Assembly: GCA_038521595.1 (NCBI GenBank)
Contig: JBCBKQ010000001.1
Span: 36,507-100,506, forward strand
Reading direction: 5' to 3'
Length of the DNA stretch: 64,000 bases
Origin: Cyanobacteria bacterium J06627_28
GTDB lineage: Bacteria > Cyanobacteriota > Cyanobacteriia > Phormidesmidales > Phormidesmidaceae
Part shown: piece after piece, positions 47,649 through 58,300 of the stretch
Position numbering within the stretch: position 1 is the first letter of the stretch
Layout of the letters: every line of letters starts with the position of its first letter
Translations under genes and position numbers: made by a program
The notes under the pieces: model-generated
Database searches by the model: none
What the model was told of the DNA's origin: nothing
Seen by the model: the letters and a program-made list of their open reading frames with translations, nothing else

Positions 47649-48680
47649 ATGCTGTTTGTAACCAATCGGGTGCTAGAGCAGGGCCTTACCCCGCTACCCA
47701 CCTCAGGCTCCGAATTTCGTCTTGCCCGCTCTATCAACTTCGTTTTAGAAAATAATCAGGCAGAGCAATCTTTTTACTGCTGTCGGCGGACGGGCGCTTA
47801 TGGTTATACCGAAATCGGCAGCACCAACTTTTTCGATGAGCTAAAAAGCCTAAAAGCAGATCAAATTCTCTTTTTTATTCATGGTTTTTCTACCCTGCCA
47901 GAGCAGGTCTTTGCCCAAGCAGAAAAGCTACAGAACCTATTGGACGCCCTCCACCAAGTAAATCAGCGGGGCACCGGCAAAAGTCCCAAAATTGCGGTCA
48001 TTCCACTCATTTGGCCCTGTGATAACGACTTTGGCAAAGTCCAAGACTACTTTGACGATCAAAAGGCCGCAGATGCCAGCGGCTTTGCTTACATGCGCCT
48101 GATGCAAAAGTTTCTCAGCTGGCGACAAGAAAACAGCACTCTCGAAAACCCTTGCCTCAAACGTGTCAACGTTCTGTCTTATTCCATGGGCAATCGAGTG
48201 CTACGAGAAGCCCTAAAGCTATCTGCCAAGTACTATCCCCAGAGCGGTCTGACTTTGCTCTTTAGAAATGTCTTCATGGCCTCTGCAGATGTGGTCAACG
48301 AGACCCTAGAGCCGGGTCAGTCTGGCGGCATCATTCCACCGATGAGCCGCAATGTACTGGTTTACTATGCGGCAGATGATTTGGCACTGCGAGCCAGTAA
48401 GGTCGCTAACGTAAGTGCTGCCTCTAGACGATTAGGCCATACAGGCCCAGAAAAAATGGACGCCGTGCCTAAAAATGTCTATGCCATCGATTGCGACGAT
48501 TTTAACAATGACTACGATGACCCGCTAGGGCACCAGTACTTTTTAGACGATCCGCAAACTGGCGATGCTGGTCTGCTTTTACGCCATGCTTGGATATGTA
48601 TGCGTACAGGCCGCGTACCCGTCACGTCTAGCGCTGTGCCTGAAAGTCGCGTAGAAATTTTAAACGAGCAACAGATTTGA
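47649..48680 (+). CDS. Alpha/beta hydrolase of the DUF900 type (start at MLFVTNRV; the ORF extends to 47628)
   Basis: FVTNR N-terminus, ILFFIHGF, and nucleophile-elbow-like VLSYSMGNRV. Confidence 0.65.
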   Translation: MLFVTNRVLEQGLTPLPTSGSEFRLARSINFVLENNQAEQSFYCCRRTGAYGYTEIGSTNFFDELKSLKADQILFFIHGFSTLPEQVFAQAEKLQNLLDALHQVNQRGTGKSPKIAVIPLIWPCDNDFGKVQDYFDDQKAADASGFAYMRLMQKFLSWRQENSTLENPCLKRVNVLSYSMGNRVLREALKLSAKYYPQSGLTLLFRNVFMASADVVNETLEPGQSGGIIPPMSRNVLVYYAADDLALRASKVANVSAASRRLGHTGPEKMDAVPKNVYAIDCDDFNNDYDDPLGHQYFLDDPQTGDAGLLLRHAWICMRTGRVPVTSSAVPESRVEILNEQQI

Positions 48681-48917
48681 GCAGCTCTGCACAGTTGTGA
48701 GCAGAGTTGTAAGCAGAGTTGTTTGCAATGTGATAAGTCGTGCAAGCAGTAAAAAGACTCTACAAAGAAAGCGACAGTTCTTCTGGAATAGTAATTTTGA
48801 GGCCTGTGTGTCTCAGAAGAGAAATCGTCATAGGGCAAGGCACTTCAGTGCTTATGCGGTTTATGGACGTATCTTTTAGAACCAAAAGCATCCTGATGCA
48901 GTAAAGCATTTTCTACA

Positions 48918-49445
48918 TTGGGTATTCTCTTTTTAGCTATTCCGGGAATTTTTATGATGTTGAAGAAGATTTTTGTTGGTTTAGGGTTGTCTGTTGCGGC
49001 GCTTACGGTGTTGCCTACTATGGCGTCTGCCAATACGCTGCTAGAGCGCACCTGTCGCCTAGAGCTAAATGACAACACACTGCAAGATGGTAGTCGCTAT
49101 GACGATCACTACTTTGCAGGCATCGAAGGCCAGACGGTAACGGTCTTATTAGAAAGTGAAGACTTTGATCCTTACCTCATCCTCGAAGATCCTGACGGCA
49201 ATCGCATTGGCGAAAACGACGACATCGATCTTGAAGGCGGTAATTTGAACGCACTTGTCGCTGTCACCCTCAGACGCAACGGCATGTACAGAGTGCTTAC
49301 GAATAGTTACCAAGACGGTGAGTACGGCACTTATACCCTGCTGGTGAGCAGTCCTACTCGCTCCCCGCAGCCCATCACAGACAGAGCCGCTGACTGTGGC
49401 AACGGTGGCCGCAGCCTACAGGAGCTACAGCAGGGCGCTAGCTAA
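48918..49445 (+). CDS. Secreted protein with a pre-peptidase C-terminal (PPC)-like domain
   Basis: Signal peptide (LSVAALTVLPTMASA). YDDHYFAGIEGQTVTVLLESEDFDPYLILEDPDGNRIGENDD is typical of cyanobacterial PPC-domain proteins. Confidence 0.6.
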   Translation: MGILFLAIPGIFMMLKKIFVGLGLSVAALTVLPTMASANTLLERTCRLELNDNTLQDGSRYDDHYFAGIEGQTVTVLLESEDFDPYLILEDPDGNRIGENDDIDLEGGNLNALVAVTLRRNGMYRVLTNSYQDGEYGTYTLLVSSPTRSPQPITDRAADCGNGGRSLQELQQGAS

Positions 49446-50033
49446 GCGATAATTTACTCTCTTCGTTTTCAATAGCTGCATTGTTCGCAGGCTCTAAACA
49501 TGATGAGTCCTGCAAACTCTTTTTTTCATGAAGCCGCTTTAGTCATATACAGCAAGCTGCTTAATGTATTGAGTAGCTTGTCTTGGTGAGCGCTCCCTAG
49601 CGCCGCGAGGCGACGCGGGGTCTCACCGCTGCTGAGCACTAAGCTTTATAGGACAAGGGTTGTAGCTGTACTAGGTGCAACAAGCTTAGTGCAGATTGCT
49701 ATAGCAATCCGCTGATGCATTCGTGGATTGCTATGCACTTAGCGTTTATAAAATAAGGGTTATACCCGTTCGTGGTGGCTGAAGCTAAGCGCGGAAAGCC
49801 ATATGTTTTTAGATGATATTTTCTGTTCTAGTTGTATTGGTTATTGTGTTTGCTATTTTCGTAGTCGCAACGGCTTCTCAGTCTTGAAATAGCCCAATCT
49901 GTAGGAGTTGCAATCTGTAGGAGTTATAGTAAAGCGCGGATGCATAACGCTACGCGAGGCTACGCCAACGTACTTCGCTATGGCACTTTGCTGTGGCCCT
50001 TTGCTGTGGCACTTTGCTATGCATTTAGCTCTA

Positions 50034-50096
50034 CAGAACAAACCCCCTCTTTTGGTCAACTTCTCTGCAGATAGAGAGGTAATCAAAAAGGGGGCT
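50034..50096 (-). terminator. Putative sigA terminator
   Basis: On the minus strand, CCCCCTTTTTG...CAAAAGAGGGGG forms a long stem with an inner hairpin, followed by tttgttctg. It starts 44 nt after the sigA stop. Confidence 0.6.
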
Positions 50097-50139
50097 TTGC
50101 TTGTCTTGATCGACTTTAGAGCTTTAGAGATTTGAAGCC

Positions 50140-51423
50140 CTAGTGCAATGCTTCTAAGTAGTCACGAACCCGGTTACGACGCTTGGGCTGACGTAGCTTT
50201 TGTAGTGCTTTGGACTCGATTTGGCGAACGCGCTCGCGAGATAGCTCTAGGGTCCGACCAATCTCTGCCAGGGAGTAAGGAACGCCATCGCCGAGGCCGA
50301 AGCGCAGGGTGATGACTTCTTGTTCGCGGGTGGTGAGGTCGGTGAGCAGCTGCTGCAAGTCGCGCTTGAGTGATTCGCGCATGAGGCGATCTTCGGGAGA
50401 GATGTCCTCGGTCTCTAGCAAATCGCCGAGTTCGGTGTCGCGGTCTTTTCCGACCTTAGTATCTAGGGACACGGAGCGGGGCACTTTTTGCAGGACTTCG
50501 CGAACCTGAGCGACGGTCATGTCTAGCTCCTGGGCAATGTCTTCCATTTTGGCGGTGCGGCCTTGGGTCTGGGAGATTTTGCGCTGGGCTTTTTTGATTT
50601 TGTTGAGCTTTTCGGTGATGTGAACCGGGAGGCGGATAGTGCGGCTTTGGGTTGCGATCGCCCGCGTAATGCCCTGGCGAATCCACCAATAAGCATAGGT
50701 ACTAAAGCGATAGCCCTTGGTTGGGTCAAACTTTTCAACGGCTCGCTCTAGACCTAGCGTACCTTCCTGAATCAAGTCCAGCAGTTCGAGTCCTCGGTTT
50801 TGATACTTTTTAGCAACGGAAACGACCAAGCGTAGGTTGGCCTTAATCATGTGCTCCTTTGCACGCACACCCTCTGACTGAATCTCCATCAGTGCTTCGA
50901 CAGTTAGGTCTGCAAGCTTGGCCCACTGCTGCTTACCCTCTGAGAGGGTTGGCTTCAGCGCGCTCACTTCAATGTCTGCAGTAGAGGCCCACCGTTCTAA
51001 AGAGGGGCGGTGACCCAACTGCGCAGTGAGCTGGTCGCGGGTATTGAGCAAGTGTACGTAGACTGTTAGCGTGCCTTCTGTTTCCTCAGCGGCCTTATTA
51101 CGCAGGTTTAGCAGCTCCATATGCTGCTGTACTCGCTGTGCTTCGGCAACTTCTTCGTCACGCTCTAGTAGACTGACACGACCAATTTCTTGGAGGTATA
51201 GGCGTACCAGGTCTGTGGTGCGAGCAGCACGGCGCTTGCTATGTGTCTCTACGTCCAATCCTTCAATATGAACGTCTGCTGGCGCATCGTCATCAGCCAT
51301 GGACAGATCAATTTCAGTAGGCTCTCTCAACATATCAACACCGCTTTCTGGAGACTCATTCACGCCCTTCTCGGGGGAATGGTTCACAGTGCGCTGTTCG
51401 ACGTAGTCGGATGGTGCTTTCAT
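50140..51423 (-). CDS. sigA: Principal (group 1) RNA polymerase sigma factor
   Basis: DLVRLYLQEIGRVSLL, the region 2 motif LIQEGTLGLERAVEKFDPTKGYRFSTYAYWWIRQGITRAI, and the region 4 motif LSRERVRQIESKALQKLR. Confidence 0.95.
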   Translation of the reverse strand: MKAPSDYVEQRTVNHSPEKGVNESPESGVDMLREPTEIDLSMADDDAPADVHIEGLDVETHSKRRAARTTDLVRLYLQEIGRVSLLERDEEVAEAQRVQQHMELLNLRNKAAEETEGTLTVYVHLLNTRDQLTAQLGHRPSLERWASTADIEVSALKPTLSEGKQQWAKLADLTVEALMEIQSEGVRAKEHMIKANLRLVVSVAKKYQNRGLELLDLIQEGTLGLERAVEKFDPTKGYRFSTYAYWWIRQGITRAIATQSRTIRLPVHITEKLNKIKKAQRKISQTQGRTAKMEDIAQELDMTVAQVREVLQKVPRSVSLDTKVGKDRDTELGDLLETEDISPEDRLMRESLKRDLQQLLTDLTTREQEVITLRFGLGDGVPYSLAEIGRTLELSRERVRQIESKALQKLRQPKRRNRVRDYLEALH

Positions 51424-52054
51424 GATGGTGTGAAATAGCGAGTACAGGTGAAGGATCGGCGAGGTTCACCCTATGTGATAAGTATTCCCAGCCGACGGGA
51501 GCAGGCAGCCAAAGAGGCTCAGGAGAAGACGTATCTTTATGCAGCTATCAGTGGATTTCATCTGTTCTCTGCGGACAAAGTGAGATAAAAAACGATGGTT
51601 AGCGGCTTAGTCTTGCTGGGGCTTTTGCTGCGTAGAGCGTTAAAAACGCTACGTTATAAATTCAGCAAAACTACGGTCTATTCCTGAAAAAATAAAAAGT
51701 TCTCTCAGAGTACTTTCTATCTATTAAAAGGGGCGTTAATCGGGACTCTTGAGGCCATTGGTATCGGACATCATCGATAAATAAACATTAGCGAACAAGC
51801 ACTGTTGGATGGATAGAATTCGGTGTGTTTACCACAAAGAACCCTCTCCATACAACAAATATCAGGTTTGTTTTTACACCTTCGTTTCAGTATTCCAGGT
51901 TCTAACAGTGGCACAGTCTTCATAGTGAAGCCGTACTTTCGCCCTTAGCAGTAGGTAACAACATTTCTGCAAGCGCATAGTGCAAACGGTTCTTTTTCCT
52001 AAAAAGACCGTAATACTACTGTTGTCACGCCTTTATAAAGAGTCCCCTGAGGTG

Positions 52055-54307
52055 CTATTTTCCGGGCTGTCGTACCGGAATTTGAATCGTGAATGTGGTG
52101 CCTTCGCCGACTGCGGAGGCAATTTGTAAAGAACCACCATGGCGCTCTGTCACAATCTGGTAGCTGATGGATAGTCCCATGCCGGTGCCCTGACCGATGG
52201 GCTTTGTAGTAAAGAAGGGATTGCAAATTTGCGATCGCACCTCGTCCGTCATACCCATCCCGTTATCGCCTATTTTCACTGCGAGATTGCCATCAGTGAC
52301 TTCTGTACTGATAGTGATTTCAGGCGCGTCAACACCATCGAGCGCATCAATGGCATTGCTCAAAATATTCATAAAGACCTGGTTTAGCTGCCCGGCATAG
52401 CAATGTACAGAAGGTAGCTCGGCGTAGTGTTTTGTGATTTTGATTTTGGGGCGATTGGGCTGCCCCTTAAACCGATGGGCCAAAATCATCAGCGTGCTAT
52501 CAATACCCTGATGGATATCGACTGACTTTTTCTCAGCTTCGTCCTTGCGAGAAAAGGTACGCAAAGACGCCACAATTTGCCGAATGCGCTCGGCACCCAC
52601 TTTCATCGACGAGAGTAGCTTGAGCAAATCTTCGATCATAAACTCGTAGTCTAGATCTTCTAGCTCGTCGGCAATCTCATCTGGTGGATCCGGATAGTGC
52701 GCTTGATATAGCTTGAGCAGCTCAATCAGGCTGAGCGCGTAGCGATTGGCCGGATTGACATTGCCATAGATAAAGCTCACGGGATTATTAATTTCGTGGG
52801 CAACACCTGCCACAAGCTGACCAAGGCTCGACATTTTTTCCGTCTGAACCAGTTGGGTCTGCGCCTGCTGAAGTTCTGAGAAGGCTTGTTCTAGGTCTTC
52901 GGCCTGCTGTACGAGGCACATCTCTGCGCGTTTTCGTTCGGTAATGTCGTTGCGGATAGCAACGTATTGATAAGGGCAGCCTTCCTTGTCTAAAAACGGC
53001 ACGATGGTGCAGTCCACCCAATAGTGCTGGCCATCTTTCGCTTGGTTGCGCACTTCACCTAGCCACACGTGACCGTTGCTGATGGTGTACCACATGTCTT
53101 CAAAAAATTCGCGCGGATGATAGTCGGAGTTGACGATGCGATGGGTTTGACCCATGAGTTCTGCGCGGCTGTATTTAGAGATTTCGCAGAATTTATCGTT
53201 GACGTAGGTGATACAGCCTCGGTGGTCTGTAATGGCGACGTTGCTAGAGCAGTCGAGGGCAAACTTAACGTCGGCCAGTTCTTTGAGGGAGTCGTTGAGC
53301 TTGGCTTCTATTTGTTTGCGATCGCCAATGTCGCTAAGGCAGCCGTACCAAATAATAGAGCCATCTGCCTGGGCCTGCGGTTTGGCAACGGTTCTGACCC
53401 AGCGCTGACGACCAGACGGTAAGACCACTCGGCACTCATAGTTACAGACCTTTAGGGTCAGCGCAGAGTCACGAATGGCCTGCTTCAGTCCGGCTTGCTC
53501 GTCAGGATGGACGAAGGAGAGAACAGATTTGCCCCGCAGCTGAAATTGTTCTGGCGATAGATTAATCAGCCGATGACAGGCGGTAGAGACATAGGGAAAA
53601 GAGACCTCTGACTGCGCGTCTAGGCGCATTTCGTAGAGCATGTCTGGCACGTTATCGGCCAGCTTTTGGAGGCGGTTTTGGGTGACGGCGAGTTCTGCGG
53701 TGCGGGCATCGAGTCTGGTAGAGAGGGCCTGATGAAGCTTTTTGGCGTCTATTTCGTCTTGTTTGCGTGAGGTGATGTCTTGGGCCAATGCATTCCACAC
53801 AATGGACCCGGCGTTGGCCTGTGGGGTAACGGGCTGCATGGCAAGCGTGATCCACTTGGTCTTGCCATTGGGTAAGACGATGCGGCCCTCCCATTCCCAA
53901 AGGTTGAGCTGCTTGGCAGCGCGGCCGAGGGCCAGGGTGAAGCGATCGCTCTCGTCAGGATGAATGGCGTCTAGCAAGCAGTGATATACCCTATCGGTCA
54001 GCGCAGCATCATTGCGCGCTACATGCTCTGCCACTGAGGCTGACACCGGAATTTCGAGGAGTCGATAACACCCTGCACTAACGTATGGGCAGGCGGTAAC
54101 GATACCTTTTGTCGTGGTGATGACTTGAGAGATAGCGCCTGGAATGTTGTCTATCCACTGATGTCTGTCATCGGTGCGATCATCAGTTCGAGCAGCGTCT
54201 TTTTTCTCCTGCGAGTTCACGACGTTGTGCGTGTCCAAGCCTGATTTGGTAGGTGATTGGCTTTTGGGTAGATTGTCTGCCGCTGGGCTGGGAAGAGACG
54301 CTGTCAT
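52055..54307 (-). CDS. Multi-PAS sensor histidine kinase
   Basis: Repeated PAS/PAC patterns (DIT.RKQ.E / DITERKRAE), H-box VAGVAHEINNP, N-box FMNILSNAIDA, G-boxes GDNGMGM and GQGTGMGL. Confidence 0.9.
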   Translation of the reverse strand: MTASLPSPAADNLPKSQSPTKSGLDTHNVVNSQEKKDAARTDDRTDDRHQWIDNIPGAISQVITTTKGIVTACPYVSAGCYRLLEIPVSASVAEHVARNDAALTDRVYHCLLDAIHPDESDRFTLALGRAAKQLNLWEWEGRIVLPNGKTKWITLAMQPVTPQANAGSIVWNALAQDITSRKQDEIDAKKLHQALSTRLDARTAELAVTQNRLQKLADNVPDMLYEMRLDAQSEVSFPYVSTACHRLINLSPEQFQLRGKSVLSFVHPDEQAGLKQAIRDSALTLKVCNYECRVVLPSGRQRWVRTVAKPQAQADGSIIWYGCLSDIGDRKQIEAKLNDSLKELADVKFALDCSSNVAITDHRGCITYVNDKFCEISKYSRAELMGQTHRIVNSDYHPREFFEDMWYTISNGHVWLGEVRNQAKDGQHYWVDCTIVPFLDKEGCPYQYVAIRNDITERKRAEMCLVQQAEDLEQAFSELQQAQTQLVQTEKMSSLGQLVAGVAHEINNPVSFIYGNVNPANRYALSLIELLKLYQAHYPDPPDEIADELEDLDYEFMIEDLLKLLSSMKVGAERIRQIVASLRTFSRKDEAEKKSVDIHQGIDSTLMILAHRFKGQPNRPKIKITKHYAELPSVHCYAGQLNQVFMNILSNAIDALDGVDAPEITISTEVTDGNLAVKIGDNGMGMTDEVRSQICNPFFTTKPIGQGTGMGLSISYQIVTERHGGSLQIASAVGEGTTFTIQIPVRQPGK

Positions 54308-54548
54308 TCAACTCATGCTGTGAGGGAGCCAGTATAGTTAGCATTCCCGGCACAGTCACCCTAGCCGAGGCCGTGTTCCTACAGAAGCAAACTGTGAGCA
54401 AAGTCACTGAGTTATTAGTTTGTATCCGTATATTTGACGGGCATTCTGACGTTTGGAATAAAGCTATTCATCTTCGTTCCCTGTTGACTGTTGTTTCTGT
54501 TGCTTATCGCTGATAGTTCTCTTTACGGTGACTAAGGAAAAGTCTTTC

Positions 54549-54809
54549 TTAGGCTGCCAACACCAAGTCGTATTTGAGGGCTAGTACTTCACTTTTCCGC
54601 AAAATAGCCATGGCATATTCTCTACCTTGTGAATCTGAAAACTCAACCAAATAGTTAAGGGTTTCCCCGCCATAGACTTCTAGAATTGTCCCTACCTGAC
54701 CAGCCGGGAAGATTTGGATAGACGCACAGCTTTCATCTAACAGAGTTAATCGCTCTGTCGGAATCGGGGCTATGTTTGCGACAATGTCTAAAGGCTGGAG
54801 TGATTTCAT
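54549..54809 (-). CDS. DUF4926-family small protein
   Basis: The pattern ...GQVGTILEVYGGETLNYLVEFSDSQGREYAMAIL... matches DUF4926 as I recall it. It lies 9 nt downstream of the DUF6883 remnant. Confidence 0.7.
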   Translation of the reverse strand: MKSLQPLDIVANIAPIPTERLTLLDESCASIQIFPAGQVGTILEVYGGETLNYLVEFSDSQGREYAMAILRKSEVLALKYDLVLAA

Positions 54810-54817
54810 GGCGTTAC

Positions 54818-55253
54818 TTATTTGATGAATGCAGAAACTAGGCGCGGTGTAGTTGAGAGTGATCTAATTTTCCATATCGTTCTGAGAATAGTTTTCTCTT
54901 TTTTCTCGGGGATGAGCCAGTCAACCTTAAATTGTTGACCGAAAGGCGTGCTGCTAGTTTGAACAATTTCTCCTTCTATAGCTTTGGTCACTTAGCTTAC
55001 GGCATAGTTATCGGCTGAAACCGTTGCCTTACAACGGGCTAAGTGACTAGCAAAGAGCGAATGCATCCGCTCTTTGCTATACTGCGGCTCTTTTAATGAG
55101 AGTTTTTAAGACTTCAGCATTTTTAGTCGTAATGCCCAGGGCTGACTTAAAGACTCTAGCTTTGTGTTTGCCAGAAGGATGATTTGGATTGAGACAATAG
55201 CCATTGAGCTTATCCATCGGAATAACGGCCTGAGAAGCGTTGGGTAGCTTCAT
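54818..55253 (-). pseudogene. DUF6883-like gene interrupted by a ~85-nt hairpin-bearing insert
   Basis: N-terminal half (55253-55077): MKLPNASQAVIPMDKLNGYCLNPNHPSGKHKARVFKSALGITTKNAEVLKTLIKRAAV*. C-terminal half in another frame (54991-54818): ...GEIVQTSSTPFGQQFKVDWLIPEKKEKTILRTIWKIRSLSTTPRLVSAFIK*. The stop of the first half lies inside the hairpin at 55048-55079. Confidence 0.55.
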
Positions 55254-55318
55254 AATGCTTGCTTTATGATTCTAAACCTGACCAATGCTAAATTCTGAGT
55301 TATTTTTAGCTTGCAAAA

Positions 55319-58300
55319 TTAACTTTCGTCGATGACGGCATCGCGATCTAAGAGTAATAAATTACGTAGCTGGTCGGTGTCGAGTTCAGTGAGCCACTGT
55401 TCGCCTGCGCCGACGACTTGTTCTGCAAGTGCTTTTTTGCTGTTGATCATGTCGTTGATGCGTTCTTCTAAGGTGCCGGTGGTGACGAATTTGTGTACCT
55501 GGACGTTTTTCTTTTGGCCGATGCGGAAGGCACGGTCGGTGGCTTGGTTTTCGACGGCGGGATTCCACCAGCGGTCGAAGTGGAAGACGTGGTTGGCGCG
55601 GGTGAGGTTGAGGCCGACACCGCCTGCTTTGAGAGAGAGGATGAAGATTTTGGGGCCGTTCGGGTCGAGCTGGAAACGGTCTACCATTTCTTCTCTTTTG
55701 GGTTGGGAGGTGCTGCCGTAGAGGAATTGGGTTTTGGTGCCAAGGCGGTGCTCTAAGTGGCTGCTGAGGAGTTTTCCCCACTCGGCAAACTGGGTGAAGA
55801 CAAGTGCGCGATCGCCCTCGGCAACGACCTCTTCTAACATCTCATCAAGACGCTGCAATTTGCCAGATCGCTTGGCTCTACCAAGAGAATCTTGTTTGAG
55901 AAACTGAGCAGGATGATTACAGATTTGCTTGAGCTTGACGAGAAGCGCCAAAATCATGCCGCGTCGCTTTACCCCTTCGGCATCGTCAATGTCTTCTAGG
56001 GTGGTGTCTACTAGCTTTTGATAGAGTCTTGCTTGCTCTGTGGAGAGTCCACAGAAGACGGTCATCTCTTGTTTGTCTGGCAGGTCTTGGATGATGGTGC
56101 GGTCTGTTTTTAGGCGGCGGAGAATGAAGGGCTGGACGAGCGATCGCAATGTTTTGAGCGAGTCGGTATCACCATATTTTTCAATGGGGGTGGCAAAGCG
56201 TCGCTTGAAAAAGTTGAGCGGGCCCAGGTAGCCTGGATTGAGAAAATCCATGATGGCCCACAGCTCGGAGAGGCGGTTTTCGACGGGGGTACCTGTGAGG
56301 GCAATGCGAAACTCACTTTCGATTTCGCGGACGGCGAGGGATTGTTTGGCGGCGGGGTTTTTAATGTTTTGCGCTTCGTCTAGCACCATGCCGCGCCACT
56401 CAATGCGTTTGAGATCTTTTAGGTCTCGCTGGACAAGGGCGTAGCTAGTAATGATCAGATCTAGCTTTTCGGCTGCTTTGACTAATGCGGAGCCTTTGGG
56501 GCGTTTGTCTCCGTGATAGAGCAGCGTGGTGACTTGGTTTGGTGCAAATTTGCTGACTTCTCGCTTCCAGTTGGTCAGTACCGAGGTAGGGCACACGAGG
56601 AGTACTGGGCCGCCGAGGGCCTGTTCCTGCTTGAGGTAGAGCAAAAAGGCGATGAGCTGGACGGTTTTACCGAGGCCCATGTCGTCAGCGAGGCAAGCGC
56701 CTAGACCCCAATTTTCTAAGAAGGAGAGCCAGGAAACGCCTTTGGCCTGATATGGTCGCAGCTGTCCGGCAAAGCCGTTGGGCTCTTCTATGGGCTCTAG
56801 GCTTTGGTTGCCTGTGGTCATGGTGGTCATGAGTTCGTCGAGTTTGCCAGAGGCATCGAACTTGACGACGGGAAGTTTGTCGATGAGCTGGTTGTCGCCT
56901 GTGCTGATGCGCAGGGCTTCTTCGACGGAGAGCTTGGTTTGGCCTTTGCGCTTCTCAAAAAAGTCTTTGGCGGCGCGAACATCTTGGGGACGCAATTCTA
57001 TCCACTGGCCATTGATTTCGACGAGGGGGGTGCCCTGGGTAATCAGTTCATCAAATTCAGCCTTGGTCAGCACTTGCCCGCCGACTGATAAATCCCATTT
57101 GAAATTCAGCAGACTTTTAAGACCGAGACGTTGATTTTTGGGTGGGGCGGTGGCGCTAATCTGTAGGCCTAATCGGCTCGCGCCCACTTTGCTGGGGTCG
57201 ACTAGGTTGTCTGGCAAGATAACGCCAAAGCCACTGTCTTGCAGACGCCAGGCGGACATTTTGAGGAACTGAAAGGCTTCGATAGGGCCGAGCACACATT
57301 CTGTGGGGCTTTGTTCAATGAGGGTTTGCTTGATGGGTTCGTAGAGGCGAGTGGCGCGGCCTAGGCCTGCGAGCAGGGTTTCTTGGGGGGCGTCTACGGT
57401 GCGGCCTGCGTGGGTGAGTTCGTCGGTGGGATGCTGCCAAATAAGATCGGCGCTAACCTGATAGTCGCTATCGTCTATGGCCTGTAATCCGTAGCGGAGG
57501 TGCCAATCTTGGCTACCCGTCTCTGGCGGGGTGAGGCGAAAGCAAGTGCGGAAGCCTTCTACGGTGTCGGCCAAGTTTTGGAGCGGCGCGGTCCAGGTGT
57601 TGATGGCATCGTTCAGGCGAACAACGCCTGCGGGGGTGCTTTCAAAGTGAGCGTCGCTTTGACCGAGAGCGTCTAGCCATTCGCGCAGAGGGATTTCTTT
57701 GTTTAGCGGGGCGGAGGCGGTGAGGGTGTTGTCTTCCGCAATGCTGCGAACTTGGGCGTCTACGAGGGTTTCGAGAAAACTGCGCACGAGGGTATCGGCA
57801 GAAACGGGGAGGTTTACTCTCAGGGGAGAGGTTTTGTCAGATTTCTTTTGATTTTTTTTCGGGGCAGTGGGCGGCGCGCTGTAGCTGTGGCAGATGAAGG
57901 GGAGGCGATCGCAGAAATCTTTGAGTCTTGCTTGGTCGGTGGCGCTGTCTAGCAGGAGTTGCCAGGATGCGATCGCACCTTTTTTATCACCACTGACCAC
58001 TGGCACAAACTTACCTCGCGCCAGCAAATCTAAACACCACCGCGTTAGATGAGACCAATAGCGCAAATCATCTCCGACAAAAGCACTCGCTTCTGATTGA
58101 CCTAGGGGTAAAGCGCTCAAAAATTTGATGGTCGTTGCCGCGTCTAAGACGCCTCCCGAAAGCTGCCACGGATATAGGGCCAGATCGTCATTTTCTTCGG
58201 AGGGTTGATCCGTATTGTCGCTCTGCTGAGCAAATTCACTAGAGAGAACGGGCAATATGTTTAGCGGCTTGTCCGAGGCTTGAAATCTAGTTGGCAATAC

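Noticed and set aside
55386-55781. 131-aa Arg/Pro-rich ORF and neighbouring plus-strand ORFs inside the SNF2 gene
   Set aside because: The composition is typical of off-frame reading of GC-rich coding DNA. The SNF2 frame carries all the helicase motifs.
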